A DNA stretch of 64,000 nucleotides, from the NCBI GenBank assembly GCA_948999435.1, contig CARJCM010000001.1:27-64026 (forward strand), written 5' to 3'. Below the pieces are notes generated by a model. The model was not told where the DNA came from and made no database searches. It saw nothing but the letters and a program-made list of their open reading frames with translations. The stretch comes from an uncultured Bacilli bacterium (GTDB lineage: Bacteria > Bacillota_I > Bacilli_A > RF39 > UBA660). The position numbers and the translations under genes were made by a program. Of this stretch, positions 11,306 to 20,658 are shown one piece after another (positions within the stretch are counted from its first letter, which is position 1; every line of letters starts with the position of its first letter).

Positions 11306-11840
11306 GTTTAATCTTAATAATATTGAAATTTAAAGCTAAAATAATAACTAGTACCATCCATATCTTCTGTGTTTAATCTTAATAATATTGAAATTTAAAG
11401 ATAGTAAACTCTGGAAGATTAACGCAACCATTTTGAGTTTAGTCTTAATAATATTGAAATTTAAAGTTGCTCGTTTTTACCCAATATCTCAGCCACAATT
11501 TTGTTTAATCTTAATAATATTGAAATTTAAAGTTGGAGGTGTTTTTTTAAGTGGAATATCTTATTTTTTGTTTAATCTTAATAATATTGAAATTTAAAGG
11601 GAGAAGTTGTTATCAATAAAAATAATAATAGATTTGTTTAATCTTAATAATATTGAAATTTAAAGATAGTTTTACATAATTTATTATTAATCTCATTGTG
11701 TGTTTAATCTTAATAATATTGATATGACTCCTTTAACTAAATATGTTTAATCTTAATAATATTGAAATTTAAAGAAAGGAAGATTGCAGGAACATATCAT
11801 AAGTGACATTGGTTTAATCACAATTATATTAAAATATCAA
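11306..11840 (+). CRISPR. CRISPR array 1 (internal, between cas5 and cas3): 9 repeat units of GTTTAATCTTAATAATATTGAAATTTAAAG, 8 spacers of 35-37 nt
   Basis: Repeats at 11306, 11371, 11437 (1 mismatch), 11503, 11570, 11636 and 11745. The unit at 11702 is truncated (21 nt), followed by a 22-nt remnant. Degenerate terminal repeat at 11811-11840. Confidence 0.95.
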
Positions 11841-11902
11841 ATAATAGAAAGAATAGTCTAATAGATTAGCAGTCTCTATCAGACTAATATGAGGAATAAG
11901 AA

Positions 11903-14080
11903 ATGAATAAATTACCTTTATTAGAAAATATCGATAAAGATATTTTAAATAAAGTTGCAAAAAGCTATGGAGAGAAAAAAACTATTTATGAACACACAAA
12001 AGAAGTATTAGAAGTATATAATAATTTTTTTGAAGAATATCCAAATAGTTTTAATAAAGAAGAAAAGGAACTAATATATTTAGCATGCTTATATCATGAT
12101 TTAGGAAAAGCGAATCTATTATTTCAAAATAAAATAACCAATAATAAAAATGATGTAATTGACGAAAGTGAAATCCACCATGGATTTTTAAGTCCACTAT
12201 TCTTACCAGAAAAAGAAATAGAAAACAATTATAGTTTAGAGGTATTAAAAGTATTGAGCACATCTATTTTCTATCATCATACAAGAGAATATACAAAAAA
12301 AGATATTGAATATGTTAATTATGCAAAAGAATATATTGAAAAACCTTTTTCTATTACCAGCGGTTTCTTTCCAAGAGAGGGTCTATTATTAAAATATCCT
12401 GGTACTAATAACTACATACCTGATAATGTATATGGGTTATATTTTAAGATAAAAGGAATGATTAATAAATTTGATTATACAGCTAGTAGTGGATATTTAA
12501 TATCAGAATTAAAAAATAAAAATATTGAGATAACTAATAAAATAAAAAATAAGTTTCAAGAAAGTAATCTTACAGATATGCAAAAATATGCTTTAAATAA
12601 CAGCGATAAAAATCTTATTTTAATAGGAAGTACTGGTTCAGGAAAAACAGAAAGTTCTTTATTATGGTTAAATAAAGATAAAGGTTTTTACACCTTACCA
12701 TTAAAAGTAGCTAGTAATGCTATATATAAAAGAATAAAAGAAAGTTATGCTAGTCCAGAAAAAGATTCTATAGCTCTACTTCATTCCGATTCATTTGAAA
12801 TATTAAAAGAAAATGATATTAAGTATGAAGAGTACAAACAGATGAGATTATTGAATTCGCCTTTAACTATATGTACTGTTGACCAAATATTTAAGTTTCC
12901 ATTTAAAGCTTTAGGTCAAGAAATATATGCTGCAACACTTTCTTATAGCAAAGTAATAATTGATGAAATTCAAATGTACTCACCACTTATTTTAGCCTGC
13001 ATACTAACAGGGTTAAAGATTATTGTTAATAATGGAGGCAAGTTTTTAATAACAACAGCTACTTTTCCGAAGTTTTTAGAAAACAAATTAGCAGAAGTAA
13101 TTGGTGAAGAGAATTATGAAATAAAGTCGTTTATTAAAGAAGATGAAATTAAAAGACATTGGATAAAAATAATAAATAATGACTTTGATTATGAAAAGAT
13201 AGTTAATAGTTCTAAGGATAAAAAAATTTTGGTAATATGCAATATTGTCTCTAAATCAATTGAAGTTTATCGTAAATTAAAAGAATTAAAAGCAGAAAAA
13301 GTCTACTTATTACATGCAAGATTTATAAAAAAAGATCGAGAAGAACTAGAAAAAAATATTAAATCTTTTGCCGAATCAGACGAAGTAGGAATATGGGTTA
13401 CAACGCAATTAGTAGAAGCAAGCCTAGATATTGATTTTGATGAATTACACACAGAGATAGCTCCAGCTGATAGTTTAATTCAAAGATTTGGAAGATGTTA
13501 TCGAAAAAGAGAGTATAAAAAAGAAGAATCTAATATTTTTATATATCATAATAATTCTAAGAACTTCATTTATGATGAAAAATTATTAGAGTTATCGTTA
13601 GAAAAACTTCAGAAATATGATAATAAATTACTAACAGAAATAGAAAAGATAAAATATTTAAATAGTGTATATGATGAGGAAGTATTAAAAAAACGAACAG
13701 TTAAATATATTGAATTACTAGAAGAAAAACTTGCGAATTTTAAAGATATAATTCCTTTTTCTTATGATAATAAAGAAATTCAAAATTTATTTCGTGATAT
13801 AAACACAATTAATGTAATACCTGACTCAGTATATTTAGAAAATGAAGAAGAAATAAGTAATTTGATAGATAAAATAGTAGATAAAAAAATTAGTGCCAAA
13901 GATAGATATGAAGCGCGAAGAACATTATTAAAATTTACGGTTCCAGTATATAAAATAAATGATAATGAAAATGAAATAAAAGCAAAAGGTGAAAAAATAG
14001 GTATCTTTAAAGTTCCAGGTAACTATTCTAAAGAAACAGGCTTTGAAAGGGCAAATGAAGATGAAGACCGATTTATATAA
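11903..14080 (+). CDS. cas3: Cas3 HD-nuclease/helicase
   Basis: N-terminal HD motif (YHDLGK), Walker A (GSTGSGKTE) and DExD-type helicase motifs. Confidence 0.9.
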   Translation: MNKLPLLENIDKDILNKVAKSYGEKKTIYEHTKEVLEVYNNFFEEYPNSFNKEEKELIYLACLYHDLGKANLLFQNKITNNKNDVIDESEIHHGFLSPLFLPEKEIENNYSLEVLKVLSTSIFYHHTREYTKKDIEYVNYAKEYIEKPFSITSGFFPREGLLLKYPGTNNYIPDNVYGLYFKIKGMINKFDYTASSGYLISELKNKNIEITNKIKNKFQESNLTDMQKYALNNSDKNLILIGSTGSGKTESSLLWLNKDKGFYTLPLKVASNAIYKRIKESYASPEKDSIALLHSDSFEILKENDIKYEEYKQMRLLNSPLTICTVDQIFKFPFKALGQEIYAATLSYSKVIIDEIQMYSPLILACILTGLKIIVNNGGKFLITTATFPKFLENKLAEVIGEENYEIKSFIKEDEIKRHWIKIINNDFDYEKIVNSSKDKKILVICNIVSKSIEVYRKLKELKAEKVYLLHARFIKKDREELEKNIKSFAESDEVGIWVTTQLVEASLDIDFDELHTEIAPADSLIQRFGRCYRKREYKKEESNIFIYHNNSKNFIYDEKLLELSLEKLQKYDNKLLTEIEKIKYLNSVYDEEVLKKRTVKYIELLEEKLANFKDIIPFSYDNKEIQNLFRDINTINVIPDSVYLENEEEISNLIDKIVDKKISAKDRYEARRTLLKFTVPVYKINDNENEIKAKGEKIGIFKVPGNYSKETGFERANEDEDRFI

Positions 14081-14567
14081 TAAAAAGATTACAGGGTTAA
14101 TGTTTGCATATAGTTTAATATGTGAGAAGAAATTATGGTATTATGCAAATGAAATATCAATGGAAGATAACAATGAGCAAGTAGCAATTGGAAGATTAAT
14201 TGATGAGGAATCATACAAAAGGGAACATAAACATATTCTAATAAATGACTGTGTTAATATAGATTTTATGAAAAATGGAGTTATTTATGAGATAAAGAAA
14301 AGCAAAAAACTCACAGAAATGAGTAGATATCAAATAAAATTTTATTTATATCAATTATATAAAAATGAAGTAAGAAATCCTATAGGTATATTAAAAATAC
14401 CAAAAGAAAAATATGAAGAGGAAGTATACTTAACAAAAGAAGATATTATGTTTATAGAAAAGAAATTATTAGACATAGAAAGGATAATAAGTAGCAAAAA
14501 ATCTCCTACAAATGAAAATAATAAAATATGTAACAAATGCGCTTATTATGAATTATGTAAAATATGA
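14043..14567 (+). CDS. cas4: Cas4 RecB-like nuclease
   Basis: ~170 aa. C-terminal Cys cluster CNKCAYYELC. Position between cas3 and cas1. Confidence 0.8.
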   Translation: MKGQMKMKTDLYNKKITGLMFAYSLICEKKLWYYANEISMEDNNEQVAIGRLIDEESYKREHKHILINDCVNIDFMKNGVIYEIKKSKKLTEMSRYQIKFYLYQLYKNEVRNPIGILKIPKEKYEEEVYLTKEDIMFIEKKLLDIERIISSKKSPTNENNKICNKCAYYELCKI

Positions 14568-15559
14568 GCAAAGAGTCGTATTATATTTTTAGTTCTGGTG
14601 AATTAAAAAGAAAAGATAATTCTATAACATTATATAAAGAAAATGTACTAAAAAAGGATATTCCAATAGAAAGAATAAAAGATATATATGTATTTTCGGA
14701 AGTTGTATACAATAGTAAGTTATTTGAATTTTTAGGTTCTAATGGTATAAATGTCCATATGTTTAATTATTATAACTATTATGTAGGTTCGTTTTATCCT
14801 AAAGAAAATAAAATTTCAGGTAAATTATTAGTCGCACAAGTAATGCATTACACTGATAAAGAAAAAAGGGTAAAAATTGCAAAAGAGTTCATTATCGCAG
14901 CAAGTTTTAATATTTTACGAAATCTAAAATATTATCAAAATAGAGGAAAAGAACTAAATATTTTTATAGATGAAATAGAAAAGTTACGCATTAAACTAAA
15001 TGAATGTAAAACAATAGAAGAAATAATGGGAATAGAAGGAAATATTAGAAAAGTCTATTATTCATCATGGAAAATAATAATAAATCAAGAAATAGATTTT
15101 GAAAAAAGAATCAAACGACCACCAGACACAATGGTTAATGTTTTAATATCATTTTTAAATTCAGTGCTTTATGCAAAAACATTAAGTATAATATATCAAA
15201 CTCAAATTAATCCTACTATTAGCTATTTGCATGAACCTGGAACAAAAAGATTCTCTTTAACATTAGATATATGTGAAGTATTTAAACCATTAATAGTAGA
15301 TAGAACAATATTTTCTTTATTAAATAAAAATATAATAAACGAAAAAGACTTTGTCAAAGAAGATTATTATTTAAGAATAAAAGAAGAAGGAATGAAAAAA
15401 GTATTAAAAGAACTTGAAGAGGCTTTAAAAAGAACAATAATGCATAAAAAAATAAAAAGAAATGTATCTTATGAACACTTAATTAAGTTAGAATTATATA
15501 AGCTAATTAAGCATTTATTGGAAGAACAAGAATATCAAGGTTTTAAAATATGGTGGTAG
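14564..15559 (+). CDS. cas1: Cas1 integrase
   Basis: 331 aa with 4-nt overlap to cas4. Typical Cas1 length and position. Confidence 0.85.
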   Translation: MSKESYYIFSSGELKRKDNSITLYKENVLKKDIPIERIKDIYVFSEVVYNSKLFEFLGSNGINVHMFNYYNYYVGSFYPKENKISGKLLVAQVMHYTDKEKRVKIAKEFIIAASFNILRNLKYYQNRGKELNIFIDEIEKLRIKLNECKTIEEIMGIEGNIRKVYYSSWKIIINQEIDFEKRIKRPPDTMVNVLISFLNSVLYAKTLSIIYQTQINPTISYLHEPGTKRFSLTLDICEVFKPLIVDRTIFSLLNKNIINEKDFVKEDYYLRIKEEGMKKVLKELEEALKRTIMHKKIKRNVSYEHLIKLELYKLIKHLLEEQEYQGFKIWW

Positions 15560-15560
15560 A

Positions 15561-15839
15561 ATGTATATAATATTAATGTACGATATCAAACAAATAGATG
15601 ACTATAATAAAGTGCAAAGAAAAGTATATCAAATATGTAAAAAATATTTATATCATGTTCAAAACTCAGTATTTGAAGGAGAGCTATCTGAAGCTCAGAT
15701 AATCAAATTAAAAATAGAATTAAGACAATACTTAAGAAAAAAAGAAGATTCTTGTATTATATTTGAGTCAAGAAACGAAAGGTGGCTAAAAAAAGAATTT
15801 ATAACAGAAACTATTGATGAAGAAAGGCAGTTTATTTAA
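15561..15839 (+). CDS. cas2: Cas2
   Basis: 92 aa immediately after cas1. N-terminus MYIILMYDI is typical of Cas2. Confidence 0.85.
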   Translation: MYIILMYDIKQIDDYNKVQRKVYQICKKYLYHVQNSVFEGELSEAQIIKLKIELRQYLRKKEDSCIIFESRNERWLKKEFITETIDEERQFI

Positions 15840-15840
15840 T

Positions 15841-15882
15841 CTGTCGACCTATAAAAATGTAAAAAACACAGGAGTTCGACAG
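15841..15882 (+). promoter_or_regulatory. CRISPR leader motif copy 2 (CTGTCGACC-N-TCGACAG)
   Basis: CTGTCGACCTATAAAAATGTAAAAAACACAGGAGTTCGACAG, ~85 nt upstream of array 2. Confidence 0.6.
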
Positions 15883-15968
15883 AAATATTATATAAAAAAT
15901 AAAAGTAATTATGTAAAATAAACATAAAAAGTGTTATAATAAAATAGATTTTATAAGTAAAATCACCA

Positions 15969-16727
15969 GTTTTAATCTTACTATATTAGAATTTAAAGAT
16001 TAGTATTGTTGCTACAGGTATAAATTATCACAAAGTTTTAATCTTACTATATTAGAATTTAAAGAGTGTTAAAGCAATCATAAAATATACGAAAGCTAAA
16101 AGTTTTAATCTTACTATATTAGAATTTAAAGCTTTTTATTTTATGTTCTTTACAATATGCTTTTAAATGTTTTAATCTTACTATATTAGAATTTAAAGTT
16201 TATATATTTTTTCTTATAATCATATTTATACATTTGTTTTAATCTTACTATATTAGAATTTAAAGTGTTTTTTATGCCGCTTCTCAGCATATATTAAATA
16301 AGTTTTAATCTTACTATATTAGAATTTAAAGGTATTAGTAGTATTTGCATCAACATATAAATTTATTGGTTTTAATCTTACTATATTAGAATTTAAAGGT
16401 GATGCTGAAAATTGCTATATTCAAACAAAAATAGTTTTAATCTTACTATATTAGAATTTAAAGTTCGGATATTTAAGCTCAAACATTGCAGTATCATATG
16501 TTTTAATCTTACTATATTAGAATTTAAAGGAAACTAATTATGCAACTAATATAAATAAGGTAAATGTTTTAATCTTACTATATTAGAATTTAAAGCTTAC
16601 TTGTAATGCCAATTTTAAACGCAAAACGCAGGTTTTAATCTTACTATATTAGAATTTAAAGAAGCAATCGGTAGACATGGTTTAGGACTCTATATTTGTT
16701 TTAATCTTACTATATTAGAATTAAAAA
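15969..16727 (+). CRISPR. CRISPR array 2: 12 repeats of GTTTTAATCTTACTATATTAGAATTTAAAG, 11 spacers of 35-37 nt
   Basis: Repeat starts at 15969, 16035, 16102, 16169, 16236, 16302, 16369, 16434, 16500, 16566 and 16632. Degenerate terminal repeat at 16698-16727. Confidence 0.95.
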
Positions 16728-16833
16728 TTACTACTTCCATTCTATTAACTATTAGAGTTTTTAATTTTGCATTTGCGTTTTTTCTATTTAATTAGATATC
16801 TTAAGAGGGTTTAGTATTTTGTCGACTTTTAAA

Positions 16834-17055
16834 TTACTTTTTAAAGGTAAGATTATTTGTATCTTTCATTAATTTTTGAATATTAATAGGTAATGGTGCT
16901 ACTTGATTTTTATTATCTATTGTGGTATCATTATTGTAATAAATCGGACTGATATTTTTAGGAATATCACTAGTAGTACTACTAGAGTCTCGCATAGGCA
17001 ATTGGAGCCTATCCTTGACATCCGATTTTTCATTAAAGCTACTGACTTTACGCAA
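16834..17055 (-). CDS. Hypothetical small protein (73 aa, TTG start); may be non-coding
   Basis: Only an ORF-track call. Low-complexity S/T/N-rich sequence. Its 5' end overlaps a structured + strand element. Confidence 0.2.
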   Translation of the reverse strand: MRKVSSFNEKSDVKDRLQLPMRDSSSTTSDIPKNISPIYYNNDTTIDNKNQVAPLPINIQKLMKDTNNLTFKK

Positions 17056-17084
17056 TTGGAGCGTCGGGGCAGTAGCTTTTTTTG
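17037..17084 (+). terminator. Intrinsic terminator-like hairpin (AGCTACTG-25 nt loop-CAGTAGCT + T7)
   Basis: Perfect 8-bp stem followed by TTTTTTT. Preceded by a second hairpin (ATAGGC-aattgga-GCCTAT at 16994-17012). Both carry GCAATTGGAGC. Confidence 0.5.
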
Positions 17085-17438
17085 TTATATCTTTATCAAT
17101 ATCATAAACAATAATTATTCTTATTTCAATATTACTTTTTGTAGAGATATTAATATCTTCATTTCTTTAATTATTTTTTAGCAGTAGGCAAATTAAAAGA
17201 ACTATTTTTTAGTTCATTGTTTTTTCTTGATAATTCTTTCAGTACTTTCTGTGGCATTTTCATCAACATAATCTCTTTATACCTTATATCTTAAAGGCTA
17301 TCAATGTTACTTTAGTAAATTTGGCTTAATCTTTAAATAAAAAATAAAAGCTTTAATAAACAAATATTCTAATATTGAATATATTTTCTTTTATTTAAGA
17401 GTAATTTATAATATAATATAAATAGAAAAGGTGATATT

Positions 17439-18824
17439 GTGAAGCTTTATAATACAGAGACAAGAAAAATAGAAGAATTTATTCCTTGGAGGGAAAATAA
17501 AGTAGGCATGTATACATGTGGGCCAACAGTTTACAGTTATGCTCATATTGGTAATTTAAGAACTTATATAATGGAAGATGTTTTAGAAAAAACTCTTAGG
17601 CTATTAGGTTATGATGTAAAAAGAGTTATGAATATAACAGATGTAGGTCATTTAAGTAGTGATGCTGACACTGGCGAAGATAAAATGGTTAAGAGTGCTA
17701 AAAAAGAAAATAAGTCAGTATTAGATATAGCAAGATTTTATACTGAAGCATTTTTTAAAGATACAGATAAATTAAACATTAAGAAGCCAGATATTGTAAG
17801 TCCAGCTACAGAAAATATTGATGAATATATTAAAATAATTAGTAAATTATTAAATGATGGTTATGCCTATAGTGCTGGTGGCAATATTTATTTTGATACT
17901 TCTAAATTAGACAATTATTATCGTTTAACTAATCATGTTGGTGAAGAATTAATATCAGGAGTAAGAGATACAGTTGAAGAAGATGAAAATAAGAAAAATA
18001 AGACAGATTTTGTTTTATGGTTTACCAAATCAAAGTTTGATGACCAAGAATTAAAGTGGGAGAGTCCATTTGGCAAAGGGTATCCTGGATGGCATATCGA
18101 ATGTACTGGTATATCGTTAAAAAATATAGGTGAATATTTAGATATCCATTGCGGAGGAGTAGATAATATATTTCCTCATCATACTAATGAAATAGCTCAA
18201 AGTGAAGCATTTATTGGTCACAAGTGGTGTAAGTATTGGGTTCATGGAGAACATTTAAATGATAGTACTGGTAAAATGAGTAAATCTAAAGGTAAAGTTT
18301 TAACAGTAAGTGCCATAGAAGAAGAGGGATATAATCCATTAAGTTATCGCTTTATGGTTTTACAAAGTCATTATCGAAAACAACTAGCATTTAGTTATGA
18401 AAATTTAAGTGGCGCCGAGAATGCTTATAAAAAATTAAAACGCCAAGTATTAAATTTAAAAGATAATGAAGAAATAAATAATAATACAAAAGAAGAATAT
18501 ATAAATAAATTTAAGGAATATTTAAGTGATGACTTAAATACAGCGAATTGCTTAACCTTAATATATGAAGTATTAAAAAAAGATGCAACGGACACTACAA
18601 AAAAAGAGATAATAAAGGAATTTGATAAAGTTTTATCATTAGATTTAACAAAAGATGACAAAAAAGAAATAGATGAGAGTTATATTAATGAAATGATTAA
18701 TAAAAGAAATGATGCTAAAAAAAATAAAGATTTTGCTTTAGCAGATTCTATCCGTAGTGATTTAGAAAAAGAAGGAATAATATTAAAAGACACCCGAGAA
18801 GGCACTACTTATGAGGTAAAATAA
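17439..18824 (+). CDS. cysS: Cysteine--tRNA ligase
   Basis: HIGN (HIGH-class) motif, KMSKS motif, Zn-binding Cys. GTG start with GGTGA RBS. Confidence 0.9.
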   Translation: MKLYNTETRKIEEFIPWRENKVGMYTCGPTVYSYAHIGNLRTYIMEDVLEKTLRLLGYDVKRVMNITDVGHLSSDADTGEDKMVKSAKKENKSVLDIARFYTEAFFKDTDKLNIKKPDIVSPATENIDEYIKIISKLLNDGYAYSAGGNIYFDTSKLDNYYRLTNHVGEELISGVRDTVEEDENKKNKTDFVLWFTKSKFDDQELKWESPFGKGYPGWHIECTGISLKNIGEYLDIHCGGVDNIFPHHTNEIAQSEAFIGHKWCKYWVHGEHLNDSTGKMSKSKGKVLTVSAIEEEGYNPLSYRFMVLQSHYRKQLAFSYENLSGAENAYKKLKRQVLNLKDNEEINNNTKEEYINKFKEYLSDDLNTANCLTLIYEVLKKDATDTTKKEIIKEFDKVLSLDLTKDDKKEIDESYINEMINKRNDAKKNKDFALADSIRSDLEKEGIILKDTREGTTYEVK

Positions 18825-19441
18825 TGGGATTATTTATAGAAATAGTATTTCTAATTATATTAGTCATTATTGTTCTAATAAATTTAGCTTTATTAAAATT
18901 AAGAAAAGATTTGAAAGAATTAGAAAATGAATCTAAATTATCGGGAATGGAAATAGCAAGAATTATATCAAGTAAATTTTGTGATAGTGAGCCTCACATA
19001 ATAAAGAAAAAAGGGTTATTTTTAGACCATTATAATAGTAATCGAAATGTCATAAAGTTATCACCTGAAGTATTTGATGGCACAGATATGTATTCTAGCT
19101 TAGTAGCAATTAATGTAGCATTAGAAATAAGAAATGAAAAAATATCTAGAGGAAACTATTTCGCAACATTTATAGTTTTAGTATCTTATGTTTTGATAAT
19201 ACTAGGAGCATTTTTAAATAATTTTAATATTATTAATTTTGGCTTAATCGTTTTTATTCTAGCTTTTATTTTAGTTTTTTGTATTAATACAACATACAAT
19301 AAAAAAGATGAAATATTTAAAATGCTAAAAAAAGAAAAAGTGCTAAAACCTTTTGATGAAGAAATAGAAGATAACCTAATTTTAACATCATTAATAGTAG
19401 TTGCTAGACTTCCATATGGTTTTATAAATTACTTTCGATAA
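18824..19441 (+). CDS. Hypothetical integral membrane protein
   Basis: Multiple hydrophobic segments. Start overlaps the cysS stop. Confidence 0.5.
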   Translation: MGLFIEIVFLIILVIIVLINLALLKLRKDLKELENESKLSGMEIARIISSKFCDSEPHIIKKKGLFLDHYNSNRNVIKLSPEVFDGTDMYSSLVAINVALEIRNEKISRGNYFATFIVLVSYVLIILGAFLNNFNIINFGLIVFILAFILVFCINTTYNKKDEIFKMLKKEKVLKPFDEEIEDNLILTSLIVVARLPYGFINYFR

Positions 19442-19522
19442 GTATAGTTAAGGGACTATACTTTTTAAATGTAAAAAAAGCTTTATATTATCACTAATTA
19501 TTGGTATAATTACAAATGTAAG

Positions 19523-20587
19523 GTGGTTATGTTTATGAATTTAGAAGTAAATGGTTTTAATGCCCTAAATATTGTATTAGTAACATTTGTTACCAGTTTG
19601 TTATTAGTGCCAATCATAAAGAAAGTTGCAAATCACGTAAATGCTTTAGATATCCCGAATGAAAGAAAGGTTCATAAAACGCCAATTCCAAGACTTGGAG
19701 GATTAGCAATATTTTTAGCATTTTTACTAGGATACATTTTATATGGTAAAGTATCTACTCAAATGTTAAGTGTATTAATTGGGGGATTCATAATTATTTT
19801 AACAGGCATTGTAGATGATATTAAGCCTATACCAGCTAGATATAAATTTATATGCCAAACTATAGCGGCGATGATAACAGTTGTTTATGGTAAACTTTAT
19901 TTTTCTAATATTACTTTATTAGGATTAAACTTAATTTTTCCAACTTGGGTAAATATGATATTATCCACAATATTTATTGTTGCTATAATAAATGCCATAA
20001 ATTTAATTGATGGATTAGATGGGTTATCATCAGGTATAAGTTCTATCTATTTTTTAACCATAGCTATACTAGGCTTTGCCTTAAACAAACTAGGTGGCTT
20101 AGATATAATATTATCCCTTATAATGCTTGGAAGTACTTTAGGCTTTTTAGTTCATAATTTCCCACCAGCTAAAATATTTATGGGTGATACAGGAAGTATG
20201 TTTTTAGGATTTATGATAGCGGTTATAGCACTTTTAGGATATAAAGTAGCAACTATTACATCATTAATAATTCCAATATTGATATTATTTATACCAATAT
20301 TCGATACTATTGTAGCTATTATTAGAAGAACATTAAAACATGAATCAATTGGAAAACCAGACAAAGAACATTTACATCACCAATTACTTCGAATGACATC
20401 ATCACCAACTAAAACAGTATTAATTATTTATTTTATCAATTCTGTATTTTCTGCAATATCTATACTATTTGTTTTAGGAGATAATAAACAAGCAATGGCT
20501 TTATACATAATTGTTATGATATTTTTTATATTTTTACTTCTTAAAACAAATATATTATTTGATCATAATAAAAAAAGAAGGAAGTAA
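19523..20587 (+). CDS. Undecaprenyl-phosphate N-acetylhexosamine-1-phosphate transferase (MraY/WecA/TagO family, GT4-like polyprenyl-P transferase)
   Basis: ~10 TM segments. Conserved NAINLIDGLDGL and DxxD-like motifs of the MraY/WecA family. Confidence 0.8.
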   Translation: MVMFMNLEVNGFNALNIVLVTFVTSLLLVPIIKKVANHVNALDIPNERKVHKTPIPRLGGLAIFLAFLLGYILYGKVSTQMLSVLIGGFIIILTGIVDDIKPIPARYKFICQTIAAMITVVYGKLYFSNITLLGLNLIFPTWVNMILSTIFIVAIINAINLIDGLDGLSSGISSIYFLTIAILGFALNKLGGLDIILSLIMLGSTLGFLVHNFPPAKIFMGDTGSMFLGFMIAVIALLGYKVATITSLIIPILILFIPIFDTIVAIIRRTLKHESIGKPDKEHLHHQLLRMTSSPTKTVLIIYFINSVFSAISILFVLGDNKQAMALYIIVMIFFIFLLLKTNILFDHNKKRRK

Positions 20588-20658
20588 AACGTTAAAGGAT
20601 ATATTATAGATTTAAAAAAATAATTAAACATATAAGGAATTTTAATAAGGAGTGCGCT

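Noticed and set aside
11388-11597. 69-aa + strand ORF in the six-frame track
   Set aside because: Lies entirely inside CRISPR array 1 (its 'protein' is a translation of repeats and spacers). Artefact.
16903-17181. 92-aa + strand ORF downstream of array 2
   Set aside because: Low-complexity, no RBS. Spans the two structured hairpins/terminator. More likely non-coding RNA sequence than a protein.
17100-17438. Looked for a T-box leader upstream of cysS
   Set aside because: No T-box consensus (AGGGTGGNACCGCG-like) or antiterminator/terminator pair adjacent to the start codon. The only terminator-like hairpin ends ~350 nt upstream (17084), too far for a T-box.
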